DNA of 64,000 nt from Eledone cirrhosa (taxonomy: Eukaryota). The translations under genes and the position numbers were made by a program. The stretch is taken from contig OZ024743.1 in NCBI GenBank assembly GCA_964016885.1, positions 101,618,001 to 101,682,000 of the forward strand. Direction: 5' to 3'. The notes below the pieces were generated by a model. That model was not told the origin of the DNA, ran no database searches, and worked only from the letters and a program-made list of their open reading frames with translations. This document shows positions 13,250 to 27,566 of this stretch, one piece after another (within the stretch, counting starts at the first letter, position 1; every line of letters starts with the position of its first letter).

Positions 13250-16200
13250 TGCTTTAGCCGGTCCCAAGCCCGGTTGAGAAAGGAGGAGGGTTGGAGCGTA
13301 AAAACATTTCACCGCTACAGAAACGACGAGAAAAAACCATTTTGATACCCAGCGGCGAAAAAGAAGACACGTCATCCCTGGTCAAAGCCGAAAGGAGGCC
13401 CGACCGCGGATAAGTCCTATCTTCAACGCCAGATCAAACACAAGAGTAGGCACCTGGAATGTCCGCACGCTCTTTCGGGACGGGCGGATGGAGCAGGTGC
13501 TGAAGGAGATGAGAGAATATCGCCTTGACATCATGGGCATCAACGAGACGAGGTGGACAGGACAGGGACGACTCGACAGTGGAGACATGACTATTCTCTA
13601 CTCTGTGGATGATGACAACCATGTCCACGGACTTGGTATCATCCTCACCGGAGATGTATCACGGGCTCTTGTGGGATGGAGGCTAGTGAGTGAACGAATT
13701 ATTACTGCCAGATTGAGCACAAGGTTAGCCAAGGTGACCGTAGTGCAAGTCTACGCCCCGACTGAAGCTGCCTCAGATGAAGATAAGGATACCTTCTTTA
13801 TCCAACTACAGGATGTCCTAGAGGAAACACCCAGGTCAGACAGTAGGCTGGTGATTGGTGACTTCAATGCCAAGCTAGATGGAGACAGGAGAGAAATGCA
13901 TTCAGCCATTGGCCCCCACGGTTCAGCTGATTCCACCAATAACAACGGGGAACGGTTGCTGTCCCTGAGCAGTATCAGCAACCTCTCCATCGGGAATACA
14001 TTCTTCACCCATGGGCAGATTCACAAGATGACATGGACTTCCCCTGATGGCAATACCAGGACCAGGAATGAGATTGATTATATCTGCATTGGCACGAGGT
14101 GGCGTTCCTCTCTCTTGGATGTTCGCACCTACCGAGGGGCAGACGTCGGATCTGATCATCATCTTGTGGTTGGAAAAATCCGCTTGCAGAAGAACAAAGC
14201 AAATAAGACCGTGACGCCATATGCTGTCGCAAGCCTGCAAGACCAAAGCACGTCAAAGGGATTCTACCTGGAGATCAGGAATAAGTTCCAAGAACTACAG
14301 CACGCACAGAACCGTGAAGACCAGTGGCAGATGTTTGCTCAGGCAGTCAGGGCTCGTGCTGATGTAGTTATTGGTAGAAGAAGGGAGACCAACCGGGAAC
14401 AGTGGATCAGCAGTACTTCATGGAATCTCTTTGACGAGAGGAAGGATGTTAAGAACAAAAAAGATCAAACCAAAACTCGACAGCAATGGCAGGAAGTGGA
14501 CAGAGAGTACAGACGTCTTGACAAGGAAGTAAAGAAGAGCTGTCGAAAAGACAAGCGCCAGTGGTTAGAAGATCGGGCTGCAGAGGCACAGGTGGCAGCA
14601 GATCGAAATGATTCCAAGACGCTGTACCGGATCGTCAGAGAGCTAACTGGAGGACGAAGTGGAAGCAGTTTGCCAATCAAGAGGAAAGATGGTCGGATGC
14701 TTGCAGCCAGTGAAGAGCAGGCCCAGAGGTGGAACGAACACTTTCGTGAGGTCCTCAGTCAGCCATCTCCCAACACAGTCTTCGAGCTTGACTGGGAGGA
14801 AGCGAGCTACCGGCTGGATGTACGACTTGACGACATCACAAGAGCTGAGGTGGCCAAGGCCATCCGCTGCCAAAAGAATAACAAAGCGGCAGGGCTGGAT
14901 GAGATTCCTACAGAGCTTCTGAAGCACGGTAAGGATGTAATAGAGGAGCAGCTCACCCATTTATGCAATGTGATTTAGCAAGAATAGGAGGTGCCGGAGG
15001 ACTGGGGAAATGGAGTGATTGTACCACTACCAAAGAAGGGTTGTCTCAGCGACTGCAACAACTGGAGAGGGATCACGTTGCTATCAGTGCCAGGGAAGGT
15101 ATTCTGCACAGTCATCCTGAACCGGCTGAGAGCAGAAGTAGATCGTCATCTTCGAGACGAACAGGCTGGCTTGCGCAGTGGAAGGTCTTGTTCAGAGCAG
15201 ATCTTCACTCTCCGAAATATCATTGAACAATGTCGGGATTTCCACAAGTCCCTTGTTGTCAACTACATTGACTTCAGGAAATCTTTCGACAGTGTTCATC
15301 GGGAGTCATTGTGGAAGATTGTAAGACTCTACGGTGTCCCAGAGAAATATATTAACATCTTCAGGTCGCTGTACCGACATTCCAGGTGCTGCGTTAGGAC
15401 AAATGACGGAAACACGGAAATGTTTGACATCTTGCCGGGTGTTCGACAAGGCTGCATCCTTTCGCCTTTCCTTTTCCTCATTGTCATCGATTTCATCACG
15501 AAGAAGACAATGAGTGACCCTCGTTTTGGCATCAGTTGGGATGGAAGGAGATTAAGCGACCTGGACTTTGCCGATGACATCGCAGTGATAGGCCATTGCC
15601 GAGAGGACCTGCAAGAGATGATAAACGTTCTAAATGACAATGTACAGAAAGTTGGCCTGCGCATCAGTTGTGAAAAAACCAAGACCATGTCGACAGATGA
15701 CCCTCCAAATCGTCCCATCATGGTTGGTCAGCGTAACATTGAATGTGTAAACCACTTCCAATACCTTGGCAGCAACATCTCTGACGATGGGGATGCTGAG
15801 GTGGATGTGCGCACAAGGCTGGGAAAAGCAGCGGCGGTGTTCCAGCAACTCCGTCTGATATGGTCCAGGTGTTCCATCGGCAACGCCGTCAAATTCCGTA
15901 TTTACATGTCCATTGTAGTACCAACAGCGATATATGCCTGTGAGACATGGAAGAGTACGGAAAGTGTATGTAACAAGCTTGATGTATTCCACCGTCGTTG
16001 CATTCGGACCATATTGAAAATTTCATGGAGAGACCAAGCTAGCAACGAGGAAATGATGAGGAGGTCAGGATTGGAGAGGTTAAGGGACACTGTCCGGAAA
16101 AGGAGACGGCGGTTCGCGTTCCACATCATTCGTTTGCCAGCGGATCGACCTGCTCATATTACCATGGATTGGGTACCAGAAGGTGGCAGGAGAGAACGGG

Positions 16201-16360
16201 GAAGACCACGAAAAACATGGCGGAGCACATTCAGGGGGGCCCTGCAGGAGATGGGAATTACCTGGAGAGGTGCTAGAAGGGCCGCCAGTGACAGGATCAA
16301 GTGGAGGAAGCTCGTCGCCCAATGTTCCACAAGGGACTGGAGGAACTAAGACTAAGACTA

Positions 16361-16362
<2 letters not shown>
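13250..16362 (+). mobile_element. Near-full-length RTE-clade LINE inserted in (TA)n
   Basis: 5' UTR motif GTCCCAAGCCCGG..AAAGGAGGAGGGTTGG; single APE-RT frame; 3' tail of (ACTAAG)3 right at the stop codon. Confidence 0.9.
13450..16349 (+). pseudogene. RTE APE endonuclease-reverse transcriptase ORF with two in-frame stops
   Basis: GTWNVRT, YAPT, GDFNA, SDHH, NWRGITLLS, GVRQGCILSP and FADD motifs; ORFs 13488-14978 and 14991-16349 are in one frame, split by TAG at 14976 and 14985. Confidence 0.9.
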
Positions 16363-16404
<42 letters not shown>

Positions 16405-16409
16405 ATATA

Positions 16410-16469
<60 letters not shown>

Positions 16470-17327
16470 TATATATATAGTAATAATAATAAATTTGAAG
16501 ACTAAAATCCAAAGAGGGCTCGATAAAAATAAATATATATCACATATATAAGAACCGTAGAGCAAATATTTATTAAAATAACAGATTAAAGTTTAAGCAA
16601 AGAATCGCTGCTTTCACTCTTAACGGGATCTTCTGAAACTAACAAAGTCAATCTGTGAACGCAGAAGTGAATATTTCAAAAAACGTTGCAACCGGAGGAA
16701 GACAGGAAGACGATACTTTGGTTCGTGGAAACGTTCCCTGGCAAAGGACCGGAAAAAAACGAATATAAAAACGAAAACAATTACACGCAAAGATAAAATC
16801 ACGTTTATGGTATAAAAGAAGTCGTAGTCTAATATTCTCTTAGGTGGTTCATAGAGACGTTCTCTGGCAATGAACGGAAAAAACGAAGATAATACGTCAA
16901 TATGTGGATCGTGGAGAACAATTGCACGCAAAGACAAAACAACGTAAATGGTATAACTGAAGTCGTAGACTAAAATTCTAACTAGGAAACCGAATGATTC
17001 TCGGCTTCGGAGTTAAGAATAAAGTAAATAAAATACAGAGGCAATTGAAATTAAATAAATACATACACGCATCCATATACGTCAAGCATACGCGAAAACA
17101 CTCACCATAAGTATACAAATACACGCACATATAAATATGTGTGTGTGTGTGTGTGCGTGTATACAAATAATTAAATAAACGTATATAAATAAATAAATAC
17201 GTATATAACAAGCGCACACACATACCTACATGTAAATACACATATGTTCGGAGACGTACAACCATACGCGAAAACACTCGCCATAGGTATACAAATAAAC
17301 GCACATATAAATACACGCACATATAAA

Positions 17328-17387
17328 TTGTTACTCTGGAGTTTCGCCTGTTTATAACGATAAACAGGCGAAACTCCAGAGTAACAA
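17328..17387. repeat. Perfect 28 bp inverted repeat containing a hammerhead 3' half (PLE pLTR fold-back)
   Basis: TTGTTACTCTGGAGTTTCGCCTGTTTAT-AACG-ATAAACAGGCGAAACTCCAGAGTAACAA; includes GAAA-CTC-CA-GAG-TA. Confidence 0.75.
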
Positions 17388-17489
17388 GACTCACTATTTA
17401 GCTTTAATGAAATAAAACTTAATAAATTAATACTTCGGTATTGAGTACACTTTTCTCTCAGCCGCCAACCACATACGGATATATATATA

Positions 17490-18180
17490 CTAGCTGATGT
17501 ACCCAGCTTTTCCCGGGTAAACAGATGATAAGAGAAGACAGGTAAAAGAGAAAATGACTATATTGGATGTTTGTCTGGTTACAGTATGAGGCGAGTCCGT
17601 GGTCTCTGTGTGATAAAGAAAACAGTAAAAAAAATCTTCCAGGTATAACAGATTCTTCGTTGTACCGTTTGTGCATAGTATATGTACAATTCTAGGTGCT
17701 CCCACCTAGAATAGTGACCTCTAGGAGATGGTTCATCTCTGCCTGACTGTAAAACGTGTATCATTGCATAGACGTGGTTGTTCCACGTTTCTCAACAAGA
17801 TGATGGAAGTTCCAATCTTTTATATTATATGTAGATATAGATATAGATAATTAATATAAAAGATGGTGCTCAGCCAGTTCGTCTTCAACTTTCGCAGCAC
17901 GCCGTGTTTCGTTGGTGTTGTTCAGCCAGCTCCTCTTCATTCATGGCGGCACGTCTTCGCCTCTGAAGTTCGGCGTTCCGATGGCGCTGTTCGGCCCGTT
18001 TTTCTTCATTCCTGGCTGCACGCCGTCGCCGCTGTAGTTCACTGTTTGATAAAGTCGAATTGCTTTTATTACCAGTATTCATTTCGAGCAATTGTCAAAA
18101 ATGACACAATAATAAATATAAAAGATGTCCGTCAATGTAAAAAGAGGTCCCTATTTATTCCCTTCACAACTCTGTGTATG
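17490..18180 (-). mobile_element. Internally deleted Helitron
   Basis: Minus-strand 3' end CCCGGGAAAAGCTGGG-TACATCAGCTAG; PIF1-helicase fragment IGTSIILLRNVEQPRLCNDTRF (~17745-17815); R/E-rich repeats (17885-18091) like Helitron Rep N-termini; 5' boundary approximate. Confidence 0.75.
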
Positions 18181-18535
18181 TTAGACTGACAGACAGGCAC
18201 ACAGACAGAGAAATTGCGTGGCGATTGTGGAACGCCCCACGTACACACACATACACGCATGGAAACGCGCACACGCATGCAAACTTACACACGCATCCGT
18301 GCACGCACACACACATAAACATACGGGCACGTACATACGCACGCACACATGGTAATAGTTACAGCGTTCACTTTGCCTCTCTGTTCTTACTCTCCCCTCT
18401 CACTCCCTCATTGGCATTATGCGTATTAATTTAAGTTTGGCGTCGTTGAGGTGGGCGGAGTCGTTTGAGACCTATGAACCAATGATAATCGAGAATTATG
18501 ACACACGGAATACTGACGTTCTTGAAATTAATATA

Positions 18536-18609
<74 letters not shown>

Positions 18610-18801
18610 ATGTACATATATGTATGTGTGTGTGAGTATATATATATATATGTGCATGTATATATATATATGTGTGTGTATATATACATATATATATATA
18701 TGTATGTATATATATATATATATATACACACATATATATACATGAACACACATATACTCTCTCACACACACACACGTGCACACACACACACACACACATA
18801 T

Positions 18802-18843
<42 letters not shown>

Positions 18844-19523
18844 CGTTGAAAGTATCAGTAGTGGTTAGTGAAATACGACTAGCAGTAGATCCATTTTCAT
18901 TAAGTAATAGCCATAGGAACGTGATGAGTGGACTTGTAGATAGGATCAGTCTGTGTGCCAGAGCTTACGAAATGCAACATTTATTGATGACAAATACAGT
19001 AGAATGGACAATGTAATACTGAATGTATAATAAATCGAAAACAATACGCGCACACGCAGAACAGAGCGAGATAGAGAGAGAAGGGGAAAGGGGGGAGTGG
19101 TGGAGGGGGAGAGAGAGGGGGAGAGAGTGATAGCGAGATGGAAGAGAAGATAGAGGGGGAGAGAGAGAAGATAGAAGGGGAGATGGAATGGTGATGGAGA
19201 GGGAGAGAGAGAAGATAGAGGAGGAGATGGCAGGGGAGATAGAGGGGGGAGATGTAGGGGGGAGATGTAGGGGGGAGATGGAGAGGGACATGGAGGGGGA
19301 GATGGCGGGGGTAGATAGAGGGGGAGGGGGTAAAGTGGGGGTGGGGTGGGGTGGGATGGGGGAAGAGATAATGATATATATAAATGGAGAGGGGGAAAGT
19401 AATTAGATAGTGTGATAGAGATATAGTGTGAAGGAAGGGGAAAGATAGATAGTTAGATACCACGGTATATATTTATTTCTATTTGATTAGGTGTATGTTC
19501 TGTAGATGGATATATATATATAT

Positions 19524-19556
<33 letters not shown>

Positions 19557-19802
19557 AACGGAAAAAATGAAGTAGGCTGTTACTTAAATATAAGTATGTA
19601 CACGTACATACATATATGTATACAGACGTAAAGTAGTATGTATATATATATATACATACATGCACACATATATATATATATGTACGTATGGATTCACCGA
19701 ATATTTATTATAATGCTCGGTGTGTTTGTAAACAAACATCCCGTATTAAGCCGTAGTGTCTAGCAACCATCGTTGCTAGTTTGTTCAACACTGACAAAGG
19801 AA

Positions 19803-19843
19803 CGCTGTACTAGTTTCAAGCTTATTAGCTATCGTCAGCAACG
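19803..19843 (-). ncRNA. Minimal type I hammerhead ribozyme
   Basis: CGTTG-CTGACGA-TAGC-TAATAA-GCTT-GAAA-CTAG-TA-CAGCG; canonical CUGANGA/GAAA core and palindromic stem III (ACTAGT). Confidence 0.8.
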
Positions 19844-20322
19844 TATAGCTTCCTGCCAGATGATTGAACACTACGGCTTAATACGGCATGTTTGTTTACA
19901 AACACACCGAGCATTATAATAAATGTTCGGTGAACCCATACGTACATATATATATATGTGTGCATGTATGTATATATATATACATACTACTGTACGTCTG
20001 TATACATATATGTATCCACGTATACATACTTATATATATATATATATTTATATATAAATTGAAAAGAATGAAATGAAATTTCATTTCTCAGTCTTAGTAC
20101 GGCTGATACCTAAATATAAGTATGTATATGTACATACATATATGTATACAGACGTACAGTAGTATGTATGTATATACATACATGCACACATATATATATA
20201 TACGTATGGGTTTACCGAACATTTAATATAATATTCGGTTAGTTTGTAAACAAACAGTCCGAATTATGCCGTACAGTGCTCGGCAACCATCGTCGCCTTT
20301 TTGTTCAACACTGACACAGGAA

Positions 20323-20363
20323 CGATGAACTAGTTTCAAGCTTATTAGCTATCGTCAGCATCG
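20323..20363 (-). ncRNA. Minimal type I hammerhead ribozyme (second tandem copy)
   Basis: CGATG-CTGACGA-TAGCTAATAAGCTT-GAAA-CTAG-TT-CATCG; stem I differs from the first copy but still pairs. Confidence 0.75.
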
Positions 20364-20744
20364 TACCTTCCTGTCAGATGATTGAACGTTTGAAAGTATA
20401 TACTTTCCTTATGCATATTAACGACTGAGCAGCCTAATTTGCATATCGAGTGAGTTAGTCGACCGGGCGTACCGAAAACGATACATGGAAAAGAATGAAA
20501 TGAAATTTCCTTTCTCACTCTTAGTACGGCTGATACCTAAATATAAGTATGTATGTATACGTACATGCATATATGTGTACAGACGTACAGTAGTATGTAT
20601 ATATATACATACATGCACATATATATATATGTACGTATGAGAGAGAGAGAGAAGAGGTAAGGGGCGAAAAGAGAAGGAGAGAGAGAGAAGAGATGAGGGA
20701 CGGGAAGAGGAGAAAGAGAGAGAAGAGGTGAGGACGAGAAGAGA

Positions 20745-20819
<75 letters not shown>

Positions 20820-20934
20820 AGTGATAGAAGTTTGGCTAAAACCACAAAAAAAACCTCACAGAAAACATCATAATGAGAAAATAAAATAAACACAGAAAAC
20901 AACAATAACAACAAATACATATCATTTACCCTTA

Positions 20935-21165
20935 CCGGTCGCTCTCCGACAGGCTTGGGGTTGTGCCCTTGGCAGTGGATACTTCTGGTGTCCTTGGCCC
21001 TAGAGCTACCTCCCTACTCACCACCACAGGCGCTGAACTGGCCAGCCGCAGGTGTGAGCCTCACGAGATGGAATGGCCCTTCCAGCACATCTCCCTTACC
21101 ATCCTCCGGGGAAACGCCTTCTCCATTCTGTCCGCCGGGGCTGCACGTGGGATCCCATTTTCTCA
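20935..21165 (+). mobile_element. CRE-like element ORF-end fragment
   Basis: PLAVDTSGVLGP..QHISLTILRGNAFSILSAG, homologous to the C-terminus at ~12100-12280. Confidence 0.6.
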
Positions 21166-21502
21166 CCATACAGAGAGCTGGAGAGGGCGAGAGAGATGGG
21201 GAGGGCGACAGAGATGGAGGCGATGACAGTGGGTATTCGGCTCTTTCACGTTCGTAGTTTTGTGTTTAGAAGTAATTCTATACTAAGAACATGGAATAAT
21301 GGAGTTGGTAGTATTCTTACAAAACTACAGAAACTCATACAAAACATAAAACTCATCTTGATCCCTATTAAAAAGAAGTGGACCAAGGAAACAATGTTTC
21401 CACTTATCTTTCCATTGTTAGTACAATCTGTCGCTCTAAATTCCTGGCAGAAGGAGGTGGATTTGAACTCACTGCACACAAGTTGGGTGAGATTCTGTAA
21501 AT

Positions 21503-21704
21503 TAGCCATGTCAAACATGTAGCCCTCGTGCCACGTGCGGACCTTTGCAAGCACATCTGCGGCCCGCACAAAGGTTTATACAGCGCGAGCATGTTTTATC
21601 TTCTTAAAATTAGTTGTAATGTGCGCAATTAGTTGTATGTGGTCCTCAGACAACACATATGTAACCCATGTGGCCCTCGAGTGACCCTCAGTTTGACATG
21701 CCTG
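21503..21704. mobile_element. hAT-type MITE
   Basis: TIRs TAGCCATGTCAAAC / GTTTGACATGCCTG, internal GGCCC motifs, and 8 bp target duplication CTGTAAAT / CTGTAAAC. Confidence 0.75.
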
Positions 21705-22132
21705 CTGTAAACCATCTTTTTATTATTCCGCCAACACCGCCAATACTCCGGGCAAGTACTCTATGTATCGTCTCCGAAAGGATGAAAGGCAAAGTGGGCG
21801 TCAGTGGGCTTTGAACTTTACCAATTATATTTCATCGTAATTATTATGTACTGGGTAATTGCTGGTCTTGTGCCTAAAGTAGAAACAATTATTATTTATT
21901 TAAAACATTCAAACGTCCGTATAGATCTAGTAAGTCATGGCAAACTAGGAGAGGTAACAAATATCTCTTATAATTAAGAAACAAAAACAAAACGAGAGAG
22001 AGAGAGAGAAAGAGAGAGAAAGAGAGAAGCAAAGTGAAAAGAAAGAGAAGGAAAAAAAGGCAAATTACGTAAAAATAATTTTTTAAAAGTGAAAAAGAAG
22101 CAGTTAAAGAAATGCAAATATTTATTTTAAAA

Positions 22133-22753
22133 TAATTGCTTCTACTTTTGGCACAAAGCCAGCAATTATCGAGTACATTACTGGTACTTTATTTTATCGA
22201 CCCCGTAAGGATGAAAGGCAAAGTTAACCTCGGCGGGATTTGAACTCAGATCGTAAACGGAGGTAACTATGCTGGAAAGCATGTTCGACCCTCTACCGAT
22301 ACTGCCAATCCACCGCCCATTTATTTAAAAATAATTGTTTCTTATATAGGCACAAGGCCAGTAATTTGGGAGGAGAGGAAAGTCGATTAAATCGACTCCA
22401 GTGCGTGACTGGTACTTTATTTTATCGACCTCGTAAGGATGAAAGGCAAAGTTAACCTCAGCGGGATTTGAACTCAGATCATAGAGGGCCGTAACTCTAT
22501 GCTGCAAAACATGGCGTCCGACGCTCTACCGATACTGCCAATCCACCACCTATTTATTTAAAAATAATTGTTTCTACTTTAGGCACAAGGCCAGCAATTA
22601 CCCAGTGCATTACTGGTACTTTATTTTATCGACCCCGTAAGGATGAAAGGCAAAGTCAACCTCGGCAGGATTTGAACTCAGATCGTAAAGGGACGTAACT
22701 ATGCTGGAAAGCATGGCGTCCGACCCTCTACCGATACTGCCAATTCACCGCCC
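22133..22753 (-). mobile_element. Three head-to-tail tRNA-derived SINEs (cephalopod OK-like type)
   Basis: Each has a GGCGGTG.ATTGGCAGTATCGGTAGAG head, GAGTTCAAATCC B-box-like motif, GGTCGATAAAATAAAGTACCAGT core and TAGAAACAATTATT tail. Confidence 0.85.
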
Positions 22754-22774
22754 TATTTAAAAATAATGACAACT

Positions 22775-23005
22775 ATAATGAAGGCAATAATAAAAAAAAG
22801 GGAAACAAATGGAAAGAAAGAATAGGGAAATATAGAGAAAAAGAGACAAAGAAAGAAGAAAAAGAACGGGAAATGGCAAGAGCTCTGGTGTCGCAGAAGA
22901 GGGGGGGGAGTGGTGAAGGGGGAGGGTGATTGGGCTTGTATCCCAGGGCAAGAGGGCAGAAGTGCTGCGCCTTGCTGACAGGACGGCAAAAGCATTCCCG
23001 CGGAG
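22775..23005 (-). mobile_element. CRE-like element 3' end
   Basis: Reverse complement matches 12245-12460 (GGAATGCTTTTGCC..GCAGCACTTCTGCCC..GCGACACCAGA). Confidence 0.75.
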
Positions 23006-23414
23006 AACAGTAATGTTTCTGTGTTGAATGTATTCGTAGGACCATGCACTGGGCGATTTTGCTTACTCTCAGGTATTGAATAATCACCCCTACTCGCTTA
23101 TTAATTTTTCAGATTTTTTCCACCCCACCACTTTTATCTCGCCCACCATCGCTTATTAAATTATTAAGCTATCTCTGGCGAAGGTTTATGGTAAGTGATT
23201 CATATCGATACAGCAGCTGGAGATCTAATAATGATTTTATTTTACATTAAAAAAACATTATATATGACAAAAAAACAACAAAAAAAACAAGCAAACAAAT
23301 GAACATTACAAGAAATCCCATATTTACGAACGTACACTATATAATTACTGATTTCCCAACTCCCCCGCTTATAAAATTTTAAGTAAATGTCCAACCCTCC
23401 CTTCCTCGGTGTAT

Positions 23415-23597
23415 TCGCAGTATCGGTAGAGGACGGACGCCATGCTTTGCAGCATAGAGTTACGGCTCTTTGCGGTTTGAATTCAAATTCCGCCGAGGTT
23501 AACTTTGCCTTTCATCCTTACGGGGTCGATAAAATAAAGTACCAGTAATGCACTGGGATATTTGCTGGCCTTGTACCAAAAGTAGAAACAATTATTT
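23415..23597 (+). mobile_element. tRNA-derived SINE (same family)
   Basis: Same head, core and tail as 22133-22753; further copies or fragments at ~1310-1430, 12890-12960, 21770-21895, 24435-24630, 35333-35503 and 58270-58346. Confidence 0.85.
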
Positions 23598-24744
23598 GGG
23601 ACCGGAGAGTACTTTAATAAAAATTAATTGTCATTTCTAGCAAATCAAACGTCCAAGTAGGGTCTCCATCATTGGATCAGATATGACTGAAGTTGCTGTC
23701 TTAGTTATTTAGGACCAAGACTATACCTACAATTAAAAGCCTTCAAACAATGACCATTCATTATTTTTGGTTTCTAATGTGTTGTTCTTTTACGACGAAT
23801 ATGTTGTTGTTATTTCTAGCAGACCAGGTGACCCCAAACAGCGCCCTCGTTGGATCGAGAAAATTGAAGTCTTTTTTCGCTACAATTGTTTAATTGCAGG
23901 TCAGCACTTATCTACTGGTCTAACAAAGCTATGATCAAATACAGGGGTATCAAACACGCGGCCCTCGGACTGTGTGTGGCCCACAAACTACTTTTTTATG
24001 GCCCTAAAACTTGGTAATTTGTCCCTCTTTTAATAATATTTAAAGTACAATTTATTGCACTCTACCAATGAAATACAATAAAAGGGTAAAATGGAATATG
24101 TCAAAAGTAAAAACGGTAAAATGGAATTTACCGAAAATAAAAGTGAAATAAAGAAAAATTTGAAACAGAAAATGTTTCCCAACATTTTATATTAATTCAC
24201 ATATCCCACTTACTCTCAATATGTGCATTCATTTTGATATTCCCCGCTCTAGCCTATCACCTATATTGCAGCATTATTAATATTGTAACAGCTGGAAAGC
24301 ATCTCACTTTTGGACCGCACTGTCTCTTTCCAACGGTTTAATGATCTTTTAGAATCTTTGAGTTTAAGGCTCTTGATCAAAGATATTGAAGCCAGCATTA
24401 TCTGGACTTTTTTAGCTAATATATCAAATAATGGTTTCTTATATAGGTACAAGGCCAGCAATTTGGGAGGGAGGGGATAGTCGATTAAATCGACACCAGT
24501 ACGTTACTCCGTAAGGATGAAAGGCAAAGTTAACCTCGGCGGGATTTGAACTGAGACCGTAAAAGACCGTAACACTATGCTGCAAAGCATGGTGTCAGAC
24601 TCTCTACCAATACTGCCATTCCACCGCCCTCATAATATATCAAATAATACCATCCTTTTTTAAGGTGTTAGGGAGTTATTTTAAAGATAGATTTAAATGA
24701 TATTTCTATTGTTTAGATAGAAAAATATATCAGAATATAGACGT

Positions 24745-24910
24745 AGGCAGGGCTGTATGGTTAATTAGTTCCCTTCGCAACAACGGGGTCCTAGGCTCGG
24801 TTTCGCTGTGCCTCATCGTGGCAAAGTATTTTTTTCTATAACTCTGGGTTTATCAGCGCCTTGTAAGTGAGATCTGGAGTAGGAAGATATTAAAGAAGCC
24901 AGCCGTATAT
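24745..24910 (+). mobile_element. Degenerate tRNA-derived SINE (second family)
   Basis: GGCTGTATGGTTAA A-box-like head; ends AAAGAAGCCAGCCG then (TA)n. Confidence 0.5.
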
Positions 24911-24943
24911 ATATATATGTATGTATATATGTATGTATGTATG

Positions 24944-25018
<75 letters not shown>

Positions 25019-25019
25019 T

Positions 25020-25381
25020 CTCTTTCTCTTAATTTCGAGTATATTTTTTTGACCGGCCACCTTCCTGGTGGCAAGGTTGTAAAAGAAAAGAAATTGTCAT
25101 CCCTTGAATCGCAAGAATGTTTTGCATATTTTGAAGGTGCCAGCTATCGCAGCCATTTGTAGACTATGAATTAGGGAGCTGCGCTTTTTGTCCGCAAATC
25201 CAAGTTCGGTCATACTTTGGTCCAAGCGGGTTGGTATATAACCCGTAGCACCAATAATGATGGGTATGAAGCTAAAGGTGTATCTTGGATACTGGATTTG
25301 TAAGCTCCTCATCAATGGTCCGTAGATGTCCTCCTTCTCCTGTATTTTTCTGACAACGTTTACATCAAGTGGGCAGCTGAT
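25020..25381 (-). mobile_element. R4/Dong-like RLE non-LTR retrotransposon 3' fragment
   Basis: IPIIIGATGYIP and [18 protein letters not shown]-terminal motifs; flanked by (TA)n/(TATG)n; homolog at 30340-30790. Confidence 0.7.
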
Positions 25382-26132
25382 GTATGTATGTATGTATGTA
25401 TGTATGTATGTATGTATGTATGTATGTATGTATGTATGTATGTATGTATGTATATATATATATATTTATATATATATATATATATGTATACATACATGTG
25501 TGTAAGCATATGAGGGTGCGTGTTGTGTGAGTTTATATTTCCACATGCGTCTATATTTATGTCTCGTGACTTTAGTGGTTCCACAAATAAGAAAATAACA
25601 ACAACACAACAACCTAGAACATCCGTACGAACCTTGAGATAAAAAAAAGCACAAGGATCAAAATAAACTGGTAAATCTAGGCAACACAGTAGCATGGCCA
25701 CTGTCAAATATCTGAAACCTGCAAAAGAATAAAATAATATATTCAGTGTTTGGTATAAATTATGGCATTAAATAGCAACAAAGAAACCAAAAGACCGCAA
25801 GGAAACTAGAATTATAAAACGTTTTTAAGCTGGAAATATGAATGGGAAAAACCAATTGATAATACATTGTATTTGTATTCAGAATAAAATAAATGGTGGA
25901 GATGGAGGTAGTGATGGTACTGGTGGTGTCGGTCTAGTAAGGGTTATGATGGTGGGGATGGGGGGATGGTTGAAATAGTGCGAGTGATGGTGGTGGTGGT
26001 GTTGATTATTGTGGTGGTGATGGTGGTGGTGAATGTAATTGTGATGATGATGGTGGTAGTAAGCGAATCGCTGGCGGCAGTAGAAATATGGATGGAAAAA
26101 GAAAACAGGGCTGGTGCCGGCGTTGGTATTCG

Positions 26133-26200
<68 letters not shown>

Positions 26201-26555
26201 AAACACACACAAACACACACACACGCACACACACATATATATATATATATATGAACACACACACACGCATACAGACACACATACATAAATACATATATAT
26301 ATATATATCCATCCAATGATCATCACTATCGTCATGAAAGGATGTGGCTGAGATTACCTATTTAAAGAATTTGAAGATCAATATATTTGTTAGGAACGCT
26401 CACACACGCACACAAATGAAACAGTGATGAACAAATCCTGTAAGCTCTACAAATCAGAAAGAGGATATTTTACTGCGTTGGTGTTTGTGTTCGTGTATGT
26501 ATGTGTGGAGAGGACAGACATCCAGCGGAAAAACATATAACTAAATATATATACA

Positions 26556-26651
<96 letters not shown>

Positions 26652-26717
26652 AGAAAGTGAGGTTTTTTTTACAAAATGAAAAATAACCGAGGTGTCCTAC
26701 ACGAGTGAAAGTATAAA

Positions 26718-27119
<402 letters not shown>

Positions 27120-27170
27120 GTATATATATATATGTATACATATATATGTATACATATATATGTATATATG

Positions 27171-27201
<31 letters not shown>

Positions 27202-27302
27202 GTATATATATACAAGTTAATATAAATTAAGTAAAGGACTGTTTGAGTTTATAACTCTAAATATAATATAATATGTATATATATATGTGTATATATATGT
27301 AT

Positions 27303-27426
<124 letters not shown>

Positions 27427-27519
27427 GTATATATACATATATATATATTTATATATAATAAGTACTAAAATATTTATATATATGTATTTATATATAATAA
27501 GTACTAAAATATTTATATT

Positions 27520-27566
<47 letters not shown>

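Larger units (their letters stand above)
19560..20640 (-). mobile_element. Tandem and inverted ~520 bp hammerhead-bearing repeat (PLE pLTR or retrozyme-like)
   Basis: Unit repeated at ~19570-19870 and ~20090-20400 with an inverted segment between; another copy at 61280-61900. Confidence 0.7.
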
